Positions 39,434-49,871 of a stretch of 64,000 nucleotides of DNA are shown in pieces. The DNA comes from Bacillota bacterium (GTDB lineage: Bacteria; Bacillota; Halanaerobiia; Halanaerobiales; M55B127), in contig JBNJDV010000002.1 in the NCBI GenBank assembly GCA_051745185.1, positions 7,136 to 71,135 of the forward strand, read 5' to 3'. Position 1 is the stretch's first letter. Each line of letters opens with the position of its first letter. Made by a program: the position numbers and the translations under genes. The notes under the pieces were generated by a model that saw only the letters and a list, made by a program, of their open reading frames with translations, was not told the origin of the DNA and searched no databases.

Positions 39434-40222
39434 TTAAGTATATCTTTTCAATAATAACTTTATTCTACCTCTATTTGAAAATCCTCTTCTTTCTGCAACT
39501 TCAACTCTCCCTCGATTTCTAATTGAAATCAGATCATCTAATTCTACCTCACTTGCCGGATCTGTTACAACTTTATAATTCAATTTAACCCTATTGTTTT
39601 TAATATCTCTTGATATTTTATTTCTACTATCTCCAAATCCTGCACTTGCAACTGCATCAAGTCTCATCGATGCTACAGTTGTTGGAATATCTTTTGTATT
39701 ATGTGTTGGTATAACTAAATCTTCATCAGTAATTTTTGATATCTCAACTGGAACCTCATTTACTTTTTTAAAGTTCATTTTAACAAATTCAAAGATTTCT
39801 TTTGCAATGATTATTTGACCAAATTCAGCTAAAACTAAGATATCACCAATCATTTCTCTTTTAATCCCTAATCCTAAAACAGAACCCAAAAAATCTTTAT
39901 GGCTTAAACTTTTAAAGTTAAAATTACCATTAACTTTTATTATTTCTATTGAAGACTCAACATGGTCTGGAAATAAATAATCAGGGAAAATTATAATTCT
40001 CTTTCGCTCTGCTCTTTTATAACCACCTTCTTCAATATAATTAACACCATTTATTTGCTTAATTAAGCCCAATGCAACTTTTCTCTGGTATGGATTTAAA
40101 AAATTGGTTTTTTCAGTACTTTTTCTTTTTAAAACTTTTTCAATTTTATCTAATACAAAATCCCCTAAAAATCTATCATCTTCGCGATGAAGATGTGATA
40201 GTAGTTTTTCTTTATCAAACAT
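39434..40222 (-). CDS. ylmH: YlmH-like RNA-binding protein (S4 domain)
   Basis: 262 aa. C-terminal S4 motif MRLDAVASAGFGDSRNKISRDIKNNRVKLN. Confidence 0.85.
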   Translation of the reverse strand: MFDKEKLLSHLHREDDRFLGDFVLDKIEKVLKRKSTEKTNFLNPYQRKVALGLIKQINGVNYIEEGGYKRAERKRIIIFPDYLFPDHVESSIEIIKVNGNFNFKSLSHKDFLGSVLGLGIKREMIGDILVLAEFGQIIIAKEIFEFVKMNFKKVNEVPVEISKITDEDLVIPTHNTKDIPTTVASMRLDAVASAGFGDSRNKISRDIKNNRVKLNYKVVTDPASEVELDDLISIRNRGRVEVAERRGFSNRGRIKLLLKRYT

Positions 40223-40244
40223 TTATTTACATTCACCTCTTATT

Positions 40245-40532
40245 TTAAAATCCAAACATTATACTTCTAAGTAAACTAATTACAAAATTTCTTATTATAG
40301 ATAGAGCGAAAATAGCAATTAAAGGTGAAAAATCAATTCCAATACTTCCTGTAGGTATCAGTCTTCTTATTGGTCCTAAAATTGGCTCTGTAATACTATA
40401 TGCAATCCTAAGAAACTTTCTCCATTGTTTGTTATCTACATCTGGTCTAACCCAAGAAATAATTACTCTAAATATTATCAACCAATTTAGCACTGTAAAT
40501 AAAGTGCTAACCAACCATATTAACATAGCCAT
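40245..40532 (-). CDS. ylmG: YggT/YlmG family membrane protein
   Basis: 95 aa, two TM segments, and the conserved ITEPILGPIRRLIP stretch. Confidence 0.85.
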   Translation of the reverse strand: MAMLIWLVSTLFTVLNWLIIFRVIISWVRPDVDNKQWRKFLRIAYSITEPILGPIRRLIPTGSIGIDFSPLIAIFALSIIRNFVISLLRSIMFGF

Positions 40533-40552
40533 TATAACAACTCCTTTTTAAT

Positions 40553-41251
40553 CTAATAATATTTTCTCTTACCAAATATTGCTGTACCGACTCTTATTAT
40601 AGTTGCACCTTCCTGAACTGCAATGTGATAATCATTTGACATTCCCATTGATAATTCATCTAATTTATGACCATTATTATTTAGTTTATCTAATAACTTT
40701 TTCATATTCTTATAATATTTTCTTACATCTTCAGGATTATTTTTATAGGGTGTTATAGTCATCAGCCCTTTAACATTAACATTTTTATAATCATTTATTT
40801 TTTTTAAAGCTTCTTGTAAATTTTCTTCGGTGAATCCATACTTTTTTGGATCTTTTGCTATATTTACTTGTAATAAAATATCTATTTTCTTATTTTGTTT
40901 ATCAGCTTCACTGTTAACTTCTTTTGCAATTTCTAAACTATCAATTGATTCAATCATTTCTAATTGCTTAATCTTCATTAAGTATTTTACCTTATTTTTT
41001 TGTAGATGTCCAATAAAGTGCCATTTTATGTCTTGATCAAAAAAAAGTTCGTTTTTTCCTAATAACTCCTGGACACGATTTTCCCCGAATACTTTTTGGC
41101 CTGCTTTTAAAGCCCTAATAATTCTTTTTGGCGGATGATTTTTTGCTACAGCAACCAATTTTACATCATTAGATTTTCTGTTAACTTCTTTACAATTTAT
41201 TTTTATCTTTTTATATACATTATCTAGGTTTTCTTTTATTGAACCAGACAT
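40553..41251 (-). CDS. ylmE: PLP homeostasis protein YggS/YlmE
   Basis: LVAVAKNHP (PLP-binding Lys), HFIGHLQKNK, and C-terminal IRVGTAIFG. The ATG at 41251 lies 2 nt after the upstream stop; the track TTG at 41257 is the alternative. Confidence 0.88.
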   Translation of the reverse strand: MSGSIKENLDNVYKKIKINCKEVNRKSNDVKLVAVAKNHPPKRIIRALKAGQKVFGENRVQELLGKNELFFDQDIKWHFIGHLQKNKVKYLMKIKQLEMIESIDSLEIAKEVNSEADKQNKKIDILLQVNIAKDPKKYGFTEENLQEALKKINDYKNVNVKGLMTITPYKNNPEDVRKYYKNMKKLLDKLNNNGHKLDELSMGMSNDYHIAVQEGATIIRVGTAIFGKRKYY

Positions 41252-41253
41252 TT

Positions 41254-42180
41254 TCAATCATCCCTTCCATAATTTACTTTTTCAGGGTTAACTATAACTT
41301 CATCTCCAACTTCTAAATTTTCAACAATAGACCATTTTTCAGTATTATCAGTAACAACTACATTCTTTGTTTTTATTTTATGATCAAAAGTATATAATAA
41401 TACTTTAGTCCCAGAAGGAGTATTAAATATTGCTGAATTTGGTACTGCTAAACCATTATAGATATTTTTTATTAACTTAATATTAACCCATCTAGTATTA
41501 TTCCACCTTTTAAAATACTGATTTAAATCAAGTAATAAATAACTTGCCTCATCTCGATTATATATTTTTTTTATATTTGATTTAACTAAGTCACTATAAT
41601 CTTGGTCTGGATCATAATCAACAAAAATTGTTTCACCATTACTATAATTTTCTGCTCTTTTATTATCGACTTTGATTAAAAGATACAAAGCATAGTTATT
41701 GATATTACGATACAGTTTAACTCCATTTTCAACATTATTACCTGATACATATTGATGATAATCCCTTTCATATTGATTATAATCTTCTAACACATCTGGC
41801 GTAATATTTCCAAACTTCAATCTTTCTTCTAACCCATCATATGCATAACTTACAATTCCTGGTTGATCAGCATATATATTATATACTTTTTCATCATTTT
41901 CTATATATGCAATCTTTTGACCATATGAAGCTCTTTCACCTTCACTTAATAATATGTTTAAAGTACCGCTCATTGGCGATTTGTATACCTTCTCATCTCT
42001 AATTACAAGTGCTTCAGTTTCAAAACCAGAAACAATTTCTTGATAACTTACTGTTACCGTCTTAATATCTTCATTTTTTAATATAAAAAAAGATATTAGT
42101 CCAATTATAATGATAAAAATGAAGGCAAAATATTTCCAACTTATAAATTTTCTTTTTTTATTTTCTTTTCTATTATTCAT
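41254..42180 (-). CDS. Membrane-anchored protein with a membrane-fusion-protein (HlyD-like) domain pattern; function unknown
   Basis: 308 aa. Basic N-terminus plus one TM segment (YFAFIFIIIIGLISFFIL). Lipoyl-like half motifs VYKSPMSGTLNILLSEGERASYGQKIAYI and IYADQPGIVSY. C-terminal GLAVPNSAIF...LEVGDEVIVNP resembles MFP beta-barrel ends. There is no adjacent transporter gene. Confidence 0.5.
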   Translation of the reverse strand: MNNRKENKKRKFISWKYFAFIFIIIIGLISFFILKNEDIKTVTVSYQEIVSGFETEALVIRDEKVYKSPMSGTLNILLSEGERASYGQKIAYIENDEKVYNIYADQPGIVSYAYDGLEERLKFGNITPDVLEDYNQYERDYHQYVSGNNVENGVKLYRNINNYALYLLIKVDNKRAENYSNGETIFVDYDPDQDYSDLVKSNIKKIYNRDEASYLLLDLNQYFKRWNNTRWVNIKLIKNIYNGLAVPNSAIFNTPSGTKVLLYTFDHKIKTKNVVVTDNTEKWSIVENLEVGDEVIVNPEKVNYGRDD

Positions 42181-42193
42181 CTTATCACCTATA

Positions 42194-43000
42194 TCAATTT
42201 CTCGTGATTAGTGCAGCCATTCTACCTGTTTTGCCTTCATCCCTACGATAGGAATAAAATAATTTTTCATCTTTATATGTACAGTATTTAGTCACATAGA
42301 TATTTTTATTATAAATACCAGACTTTAATGCTAAAAGTCTATTAAGCTCTTTTAAATCCAAATAAAAGTTATTATTATTTTTAGTTAAATATGGTTTTTC
42401 AAAATCAAACTTTTCTTTAAATTTGTTAGCTAAGTTTTCGTCAATTTCATAAACATCTTTTGAAATTGCAGGTCCTATTATGATAACTAAATCATCTGTT
42501 TTGCTTTTGAGTTTATTAATAAAATAATCAATAGTAATAGTTATTATATTACCAAAAGTTCCTTTCCATCCGGAATGAATCAATGAAAAGTAACCCTTGT
42601 TTTTATCTACAATATAAATTGGTACACAGTCAGCAAATAAGCCCCCTAATATAATACTTTTATCTGTTGAGACCATTCCATCAATATTAGAAATGGAAGA
42701 TTCATATGAGAATACACCTTTTTTCTTATAGCTTGCATCAACTTCCTTGATTTTATCGGAATGGACCTGTTCAGAAAATATTATATTTTTAGGATTATAA
42801 CCTAATGATTCAAATAATTTTTTGCGGTTTTTTAAAACCTTAGATTTTTCATCATCTGTTTGGAATCCCAAATTTAATTCATCATAAGGAGGATTAGAAA
42901 AACCTCCATTTCTAGTTGTAAAGATTATCTTAAAACCCAAATCATTTAAAGCTTGATTTTCTAAGTACTGTATATTATTTTTTGTTATTAATTTATCCAT
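42194..43000 (-). CDS. ylmD: YlmD/YfiH (PgeF) family multicopper-oxidase-like / purine nucleoside phosphorylase protein
   Basis: EQVHSDKI and LIHSGWKGT motifs. The ATG at 43000 follows AAAGGTGAT. The track start at 43075 would run through the ftsZ terminator hairpin. Confidence 0.82.
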   Translation of the reverse strand: MDKLITKNNIQYLENQALNDLGFKIIFTTRNGGFSNPPYDELNLGFQTDDEKSKVLKNRKKLFESLGYNPKNIIFSEQVHSDKIKEVDASYKKKGVFSYESSISNIDGMVSTDKSIILGGLFADCVPIYIVDKNKGYFSLIHSGWKGTFGNIITITIDYFINKLKSKTDDLVIIIGPAISKDVYEIDENLANKFKEKFDFEKPYLTKNNNNFYLDLKELNRLLALKSGIYNKNIYVTKYCTYKDEKLFYSYRRDEGKTGRMAALITRN

Positions 43001-43023
43001 TTTATCACCTTTGTAATAAATAT

Positions 43024-43050
43024 AAAAATCCCGATGTAGACACATCGAGA
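43024..43050 (-). terminator. Hairpin plus U-run immediately after ftsZ (terminator or attenuator)
   Basis: On the minus strand: TCTCGATGT, loop GTCT, ACATCGGGA (9 bp, one G-U pair), then TTTTT. Confidence 0.55.
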
Positions 43051-43077
43051 CCTTTATATTTATTGATATAAACAAAT

Positions 43078-44151
43078 TTATTTTTTTCTTAAAAAAGCTG
43101 GAATATCTAATTCATCACCTTCAAAATTGTCCATATCGAAATCAGTTTCAAGGTCTTTTTCAACTTCCTTGTTTTCTTTTGCTTTTTTCTGGACCGCATC
43201 TCTATCAAAACCTGTTGCTATAACAGTTACTTTAACTTCATTATTATAATCATCATCTATTACTGCCCCAAGTATAATATTAGCCTCTGGGTCTGATACT
43301 TCTTGAATAACTTTTGCAGCTTCATTAGCCTCATGAATTCCTAAATCATTTCCACCAGTAATGTTAATTAAAACACCTTTTGCACCTTCAATAGATGCCT
43401 CTAGCAGTGGTGATTCTATAGCTTTTTTAGCAGCATTTTGTGCTCTACCTTCTTCACTTGCCATACCAATACCCATTAATGCAGTTCCAGCGTCTTTCAT
43501 TATTGTCTTAACATCAGCAAAGTCAAGGTTAATTATACCCGTAATTGTAATTAAATCAGAAATCCCTTGTACTCCCTGTCTTAATACATTATCTGCAATT
43601 TTAAAAGCATCAATCAAACTGGTATTTGGTTCTGCAACATCTAATAATCTATCATTAGGAATTACAATTAATGTATCAACACTGTCTTTTAATTGTTTAA
43701 TTCCTTCTATAGCATTATCCATTCTTTTTTTACCTTCAACTGTAAATGGTTTTGTAACTACACCTACAGTTAAAGCTCCCATTTCTTTTGCTGCTTGAGC
43801 AATTATTGGAGAAGCCCCTGTACCGGTTCCTCCACCCATACCAGCAGTTATAAATACCATATCTGCACCTTTAACTGCTTCACGTATTTCTTCAATGTTC
43901 TCTTTAGCTGCCTGTTCTCCTATTTGGGGATGAGCACCTGCTCCTAATCCCTTTGTTATATTTTGTCCTATACGAATTGTCATTGAAGCGTTTGAAGCCA
44001 TCAATGCCTGGGCATCAGTATTTATAGCTGTAAAATCTACGCCTTCTAATCCTTCATCTATCATTCTATTTAATGCGTTATTCCCGCCTCCGCCTACTCC
44101 AATAACTTTTATATTAGCAAACTGTTCCATTTCTGTACCTAAATCAAACAA
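43078..44151 (-). CDS. ftsZ: Cell division GTPase FtsZ
   Basis: Tubulin signature [13 protein letters not shown]-terminal [13 protein letters not shown], and the C-terminal peptide DIPAFLRKK. Confidence 0.97.
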   Translation of the reverse strand: MFDLGTEMEQFANIKVIGVGGGGNNALNRMIDEGLEGVDFTAINTDAQALMASNASMTIRIGQNITKGLGAGAHPQIGEQAAKENIEEIREAVKGADMVFITAGMGGGTGTGASPIIAQAAKEMGALTVGVVTKPFTVEGKKRMDNAIEGIKQLKDSVDTLIVIPNDRLLDVAEPNTSLIDAFKIADNVLRQGVQGISDLITITGIINLDFADVKTIMKDAGTALMGIGMASEEGRAQNAAKKAIESPLLEASIEGAKGVLINITGGNDLGIHEANEAAKVIQEVSDPEANIILGAVIDDDYNNEVKVTVIATGFDRDAVQKKAKENKEVEKDLETDFDMDNFEGDELDIPAFLRKK

Positions 44152-44166
44152 ATTATATACCTCCTT

Positions 44167-45456
44167 TTAAAAGAAATCTTGGAACCAACTCTTTATTTTA
44201 GAAAAGAAAGACTCTGTTATTTCTTTTTCCCTTTTTCTATTATTATTTTTGGAACTTTCAAATTCTTGTGGTTCATTTTCCATGCCATATTCTATTAAAC
44301 CAATTACTGTTGAAAAAATTGCTTTTGGAATCTTTCCATCTTTATTTTTATATAAAGGATCATCAATTACATCAGATAACCCATATACATAATCTGGTTT
44401 ACCTAATCTAACTGGTAGATCAAATACACTTTCAGCTAATTTAGCTGATCCGTCTAATAAAGATGCACCACCTGTTAACACAACACCAGCTGGGGTTAAA
44501 TCCTTAGGTCCAGATGAATATATTTGTCTGTTTATCATCTCATACATTTCTTTTGTTCTAGGTTCAATTACATTTGTTAGTATTTTTAAAGGTATCTCTC
44601 TTTTATCTTCACCACTTGCAGATAAAACATCAATATAGTTTTCTTCACCTTCAATTTCTTTAGGTAACGCTGAACCATAGTTGATTTTTATTTTTTCTGC
44701 TTCAGATATTGGTGTTCTTAATCCAATAGCTATATCATGAGTAACATGATTTCCACCTACTGGTAATACATAAGTGGCAACAATACTGCCTTCATGGAAA
44801 ACTACAATATCAGTAGTTCCTCCTCCTAAATCTACTAGAACTACCCCTAATTCCTTTTCATCATCTGTAAGTACAGATTTACTAGAAGCAAGGGGTTCTA
44901 ACACAATATCATCAACTTCAATTCCAGCTCTAATAACACTTTTTACTAAGTTTTGTATTGATGTTGAAGACCCTTTTACAATATGGGTTTCTACTTCTAA
45001 TCTTACTCCAGACATACCAAGTGGGTCCTTAATTCCTTTGTGCCCATCAACTATAAATTCTCGTGGTATAACATGTATTATTTCTTCTTCTGAAGGAAGA
45101 GAAATAATTTGAGCTGCTTCCATTACACGATCAATATCATTTTCACTTATCTCTTTTTTCTCACCTGAAACAGCCACCACACCGTGATTATTTATTGAAG
45201 AAATATGTGAACCAGCAATACCTATAAAAGCGGAATCCACCTCAATACCGGCCATGATTTGAGCTTTGTTTACAGATTCTCGGATAGAATTACTAGCTTT
45301 ATCTATATCTACAACTACTCCTTTTTTTAATCCTTTTGAAGGAGAGAATCCAATACCGATTATTTCAAACTGATTATTGGGTGTAACTTCTGCTATTATA
45401 GTACATATTTTTGTTGTACCTATATCCAATCCTGTTATTATTCTACGACTACTCAC
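44167..45456 (-). CDS. ftsA: Cell division protein FtsA
   Basis: Actin-fold motifs GLDIGTTKI and VLVDLGGGTTDI. GTG start after GAGAGGAGG. Confidence 0.95.
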   Translation of the reverse strand: MSSRRIITGLDIGTTKICTIIAEVTPNNQFEIIGIGFSPSKGLKKGVVVDIDKASNSIRESVNKAQIMAGIEVDSAFIGIAGSHISSINNHGVVAVSGEKKEISENDIDRVMEAAQIISLPSEEEIIHVIPREFIVDGHKGIKDPLGMSGVRLEVETHIVKGSSTSIQNLVKSVIRAGIEVDDIVLEPLASSKSVLTDDEKELGVVLVDLGGGTTDIVVFHEGSIVATYVLPVGGNHVTHDIAIGLRTPISEAEKIKINYGSALPKEIEGEENYIDVLSASGEDKREIPLKILTNVIEPRTKEMYEMINRQIYSSGPKDLTPAGVVLTGGASLLDGSAKLAESVFDLPVRLGKPDYVYGLSDVIDDPLYKNKDGKIPKAIFSTVIGLIEYGMENEPQEFESSKNNNRKREKEITESFFSKIKSWFQDFF

Positions 45457-45507
45457 AAAAATTTTGCCTCCTCTCTTTTAAAAAAGTGAATTTATATATT
45501 TTAAAAA

Positions 45508-45536
45508 TTTATATGCACATTATTACAATTATTCAA
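45508..45536 (-). promoter_or_regulatory. Candidate internal promoter for ftsA-ftsZ
   Basis: On the minus strand: TTGAAT (45531-45536), a 17-nt spacer, then TATAAA (45508-45513). It lies in the 110-nt ftsQ-ftsA spacer, the only sizeable gap inside the dcw cluster. Confidence 0.4.
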
Positions 45537-45566
45537 CATAAAAGAGAATTTCCCTTTTAATATTGA

Positions 45567-46280
45567 TTATTGATTTAATTTTAATACTGGTTTATTATAT
45601 ATAGAAATATCAACATAATTTACATCATAATTATTTTGTTGTATTTGATTAGATACATTTTCTAAAACCCTAAACTTTTCAGAAATATTTTCTAACTCAC
45701 CAAATATAATATCATACTTCTCACTAAAATTTAAAGTAACATTTTGATTAGAGAATATTATTTGACTTGGAATATCTACATTTCTATCAATATATTTAAT
45801 AAATTCATTTATGAATTGATTCATTTCTCTGCTATACTGTATTTTATTATCATTATCAGGTATATCATATCCTCTAATTACAGGTAAGATTATTTTTTGT
45901 TTTAATTCCTCATCAGAAAATATATTTCCATTTTCATCTAAGTAAAAATAATTTTCATCTCTAATAAATCTAAAAACTAACTCACTTTCATCTACAACAA
46001 AATGTGCTGTATTAGGAAGTTCTCTAGCAAAAGTAACATTATCTACATACTTTAAATTAGTTATTTTTTTTTCTATTTTATCTTTTTTTAAATAAACTAT
46101 GTTTTGGCCAATATATTCTTCCATATATGAAGAGATTAAATTTTCATCAAAACTATCTATACCCCTTAATTTTACTGTTTTAATAGTAAAATATGGTGAA
46201 TAAAAGAGATAAAATGCAGTACCTATTAAAAATAATATTAAGACTATGACAATTAAATTAACCTTATTCATCTTATCCAC
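45567..46280 (-). CDS. ftsQ: Cell division protein FtsQ/DivIB (POTRA domain)
   Basis: N-terminal TM segment followed by FTIKTVKLRG..., a POTRA-type beginning. Positioned between murC and ftsA. Confidence 0.85.
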   Translation of the reverse strand: MDKMNKVNLIVIVLILFLIGTAFYLFYSPYFTIKTVKLRGIDSFDENLISSYMEEYIGQNIVYLKKDKIEKKITNLKYVDNVTFARELPNTAHFVVDESELVFRFIRDENYFYLDENGNIFSDEELKQKIILPVIRGYDIPDNDNKIQYSREMNQFINEFIKYIDRNVDIPSQIIFSNQNVTLNFSEKYDIIFGELENISEKFRVLENVSNQIQQNNYDVNYVDISIYNKPVLKLNQ

Positions 46281-47652
46281 CTACTATTTTTTCGCCTATT
46301 TTATCAACATTACCTGCTCCTATAGTTAATAGTATATCACCTGAATTTAGTTTGTTTTTTATGTATTTTTCTATATCCTTAAATTTTTTTATATAATGAA
46401 CATTCATGTTGATATTTTTATCATTTTTATGTTTTTTTACTAAATTATATAGTTTATTTGAATTTACACCTGGAATTGGACTTTCACTAGCGGCATATAT
46501 ATCTGTTAATATTAATTCATCAGCTCCATCAAAAGATCTGCTGAATTCTTTCATTAAATTTTTTGTTCTACTATATCTGTGTGGTTGAAATACTACAAAT
46601 AGCTTGTTATGTTTTAAATCCTTTGCTGTTTTAATCGTATTAATAATTTCAGTAGGATGATGTGCATAATCATCAATAACTACTGCATTATTGTAAACTC
46701 CTTTTTTATCAAATCTTCTTTTAACTCCAGTATAATCATTAAGCCCATTTTTTATCTCGTTTGGACTGATCTTTAAAGTATATGATAAAGCAAATGAAGC
46801 TAATGCGTTTAAAACATTATGTTCTCCAGGAACTTTAATATTAATTTTATCGATAAACTTACCCTTTATAAATAGATCAAACTCAGTTGTAAACATTTTT
46901 TTGATTATATTTTTAGCAGTAATATCCTCATTATTCAATCCATAAGTTATTATATTTTTACAGTGATTTTTAATTTGAGGATAATCTTTTAAAGCCTCTC
47001 CCCAAATAATTAATCCTCCATTATCTGGGATTTTATCAATAAATTCAATAAACTTATTAATAAGGTCCTCTTCTGATTTATAGTAATCAAAATGATCCCA
47101 CTCTATATTTGTTATAATAGCATATCTAGGATCAAAAAAGGTAAATGAACCATCACTTTCATCAGCTTCAGTGATGAAATATTTACCGTTTCCATCCTTG
47201 ATATTACCTCCAATCAGATTTAGGTTGCCACCTATCATAACAGAGGGATCTAAGTTTGTGTTGACAAATATTGAAGTTAACATCGAGGTTGTTGTTGTTT
47301 TTCCATGAGTACCTGTAATAGCAATGGTATCCTTATCTTTAAATAGTCTAGATAGAAACTGTGCTCTTTTATATATCTTAATATCTTTATTAATAGCAGT
47401 TTGTAATTCAACATTTTTTTTATCAATAGCATTTGTATAAACAACTGCTTGAGCATCCTTTAAATTACTAGCTTTGTGTCCAATATATATTTTCACACCC
47501 ATAGACTCTAATATTTCAGTTTGTTTGTTTTTTTTGATATCAGAACCACTTACTTTATATCCCCTTTTTATTAAAACTTTTGCAATACCGCTCATTGAAA
47601 TACCGCCAACACCTATAATATGTATGTTATCAAATTCCAAGTAACTATTCAC
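46273..47652 (-). CDS. murC: UDP-N-acetylmuramate--L-alanine ligase
   Basis: HIIGVGGISMSGIA and ITGTHGKTTTTSM. Confidence 0.93.
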   Translation of the reverse strand: MNSYLEFDNIHIIGVGGISMSGIAKVLIKRGYKVSGSDIKKNKQTEILESMGVKIYIGHKASNLKDAQAVVYTNAIDKKNVELQTAINKDIKIYKRAQFLSRLFKDKDTIAITGTHGKTTTTSMLTSIFVNTNLDPSVMIGGNLNLIGGNIKDGNGKYFITEADESDGSFTFFDPRYAIITNIEWDHFDYYKSEEDLINKFIEFIDKIPDNGGLIIWGEALKDYPQIKNHCKNIITYGLNNEDITAKNIIKKMFTTEFDLFIKGKFIDKINIKVPGEHNVLNALASFALSYTLKISPNEIKNGLNDYTGVKRRFDKKGVYNNAVVIDDYAHHPTEIINTIKTAKDLKHNKLFVVFQPHRYSRTKNLMKEFSRSFDGADELILTDIYAASESPIPGVNSNKLYNLVKKHKNDKNINMNVHYIKKFKDIEKYIKNKLNSGDILLTIGAGNVDKIGEKIVGG

Positions 47653-48751
47653 CCGCTTTCTGTTCTATTATATCAGCAATTTTTTCACTTGCATTTATAT
47701 TAGCTAATTCTTTACTTTTTTTAGACATTTCTTTTAACTTATTATTGTCAAATATAATATTGTTTACTAAAGAAAATAATTTATCACCTGTAAAATCCTT
47801 ATCTTCAACCATTACTGCTGCCCCGTTTTTTTTCATAAATTCAGCATTATATTTTTGATGTCCTTCTGCGGAGTACGGGTAAGGGACTAAAATAGCTGGT
47901 AAGCCACATCCGGTTATTTCAGCTAATCCAGTTGCTCCAGCTCTATAGATTATAAGGTCGGCTGCTGCATATGCCCACTCTATATTATTTAAATACGGCA
48001 TCACCTTTAATCTTTCTGAATATTTGTTTATAATATCTTTATTTTTTTCAATAAAGTCTTCATGATTATTTTCCCCTGTAATTATTATTATTTGTAAATC
48101 ATTATTTTTTAACAGTTTTTTTGCTGACTCACTAAATGCATTATTTATGGTTTCAGAACCCTGGCTACCTCCCATAATAAATAATGTCTTATTATTTAAA
48201 CTCAATCCCAAGTTATTAATACCAGTTTTTTTATCTGTTTGAACTATATCTTTTCTTATTGGATTTCCAGTTTCAATAATCTTTGACCAAACTCTTTTAT
48301 TAAAATACTTTTTTGCATCAATATTTGTTACAGCTATTTTATTTACAAAAAAAGATAATATTTTATTTGTTATACCTGGATATATATTTTGTTCATGAAT
48401 TACTGAGGGTGTTCTATTAAAAAATGCTCCTAATAAAACTGGCCCTGTAACATATCCACCGGTTCCAAAAATTACATCCGGCTTAATCTTTTTTATTAAT
48501 CTATAAGAATTATATGCCGCTTTCATGCTCACAACAATAGACTTAAGAAGTTGTAAATTTATTTTACGTGGTAAGGGCAAAACTTCTATGGAATGAAATC
48601 TGTACTCTGTATTATTAATAATATCTTCTTCAAGACTATTTGAAGATCCCACATATTCGATGTTCCATCCTTTGTCTTTTAGTTCATCTGCAACAGATAG
48701 TGCAGGATATATATGTCCTCCAGTTCCTCCACCTGTAATTAATACCTTCAT
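47645..48751 (-). CDS. murG: Lipid II glycosyltransferase MurG
   Basis: ITGGGTGGHIYPALS N-terminus. 368 aa. Confidence 0.93.
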   Translation of the reverse strand: MKVLITGGGTGGHIYPALSVADELKDKGWNIEYVGSSNSLEEDIINNTEYRFHSIEVLPLPRKINLQLLKSIVVSMKAAYNSYRLIKKIKPDVIFGTGGYVTGPVLLGAFFNRTPSVIHEQNIYPGITNKILSFFVNKIAVTNIDAKKYFNKRVWSKIIETGNPIRKDIVQTDKKTGINNLGLSLNNKTLFIMGGSQGSETINNAFSESAKKLLKNNDLQIIIITGENNHEDFIEKNKDIINKYSERLKVMPYLNNIEWAYAAADLIIYRAGATGLAEITGCGLPAILVPYPYSAEGHQKYNAEFMKKNGAAVMVEDKDFTGDKLFSLVNNIIFDNNKLKEMSKKSKELANINASEKIADIIEQKAGE

Positions 48752-48764
48752 TAATAATTACCAC

Positions 48765-49865
48765 CTAAGAATTATTTTTTGATATGTTTAGTAAAATACC
48801 TATTGAAAACAAAAACATAACTAACGAACTACCGCCATAACTAATAAAGGGAAGTGTTATTCCAGTAATTGGAATGGAGGCTGTTACTACAGCTATATTC
48901 AATATTGCCTGTCCTACAATTAATACAGTAATACCCATTGCGAGAATAGAGCCAAATCTATCTTTTGTATTATAACTAATTTTTAAACCTTTCCAAGCAA
49001 TTACCAAATAGAGTAATATTACAAGCAATGTAGCTAATAGCCCTAACTCCTCTCCAATAATTGCAAATATAAAGTCTGTACCCGGTTCTGGTAGATATAA
49101 AAATTTTTGATGACTATTTCCTAACCCAACCCCAAATAATCCTCCTGATCCTAGTGCTAATAAGGATTGGATGATGTGATATCCAGTATCTAAGGGATCA
49201 ATCCAGGGATTTAAAAAAGCAAAAAATCTTTCTTTTCTATATGGTTCAGAAAATATGAAAAATATTATCCCCGGTATACCGATCAAGACTAAGAATATTA
49301 AATGAGTTATTTTAGCACCATTTGCAAATAACATTACAAAAGTAATAGCTAAAATTAAGGCTGCTGTACCTAAATCAGGTTCCAATAAAATTAAGGCAAA
49401 TATTAAACCTGTTACAATTAATATCGGTAATATTCCCTTTTTAAAGTTATTGATTAATTCATCTTTTCTAGTGTAAAACTGAGCTATATAGATAATTAAT
49501 GCAAGTTTTGCAACTTCAGATGGTTGTCCACCCAAAAATCCTATACCTAACCATCTTCGAGAACCACCTACTTTTCTTCCAATGCCTGGTATTAAAACAA
49601 TAGCCAAAAGGACCAATGATAATAACATTATTAATTTAGCGTGTTTTTGGAAAAAATGATAATCTATGTTCATAAAAACAATCATCAATATTAAGCCAAT
49701 AACAGCAAATAATAACTGCCTTTTTAAAAAATAATAACTATCATTAAATAGATTCTCTCCCCTTACAGAACTAGCACTAAAGATCATTATTATTCCGATT
49801 GTTAAAAGGGCTAATACAGCAAATATTAATATATAATCAAACGATTTATCCTTCAATATGCTCAC
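48765..49865 (-). CDS. ftsW: SEDS family peptidoglycan polymerase FtsW/SpoVE
   Basis: 366 aa with 10 TM segments. Contains GSRRWLGIGFLGGQPSE and LPFISYGGSS. Confidence 0.92.
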   Translation of the reverse strand: MSILKDKSFDYILIFAVLALLTIGIIMIFSASSVRGENLFNDSYYFLKRQLLFAVIGLILMIVFMNIDYHFFQKHAKLIMLLSLVLLAIVLIPGIGRKVGGSRRWLGIGFLGGQPSEVAKLALIIYIAQFYTRKDELINNFKKGILPILIVTGLIFALILLEPDLGTAALILAITFVMLFANGAKITHLIFLVLIGIPGIIFFIFSEPYRKERFFAFLNPWIDPLDTGYHIIQSLLALGSGGLFGVGLGNSHQKFLYLPEPGTDFIFAIIGEELGLLATLLVILLYLVIAWKGLKISYNTKDRFGSILAMGITVLIVGQAILNIAVVTASIPITGITLPFISYGGSSLVMFLFSIGILLNISKNNS

Positions 49866-49871
49866 CTTCTT

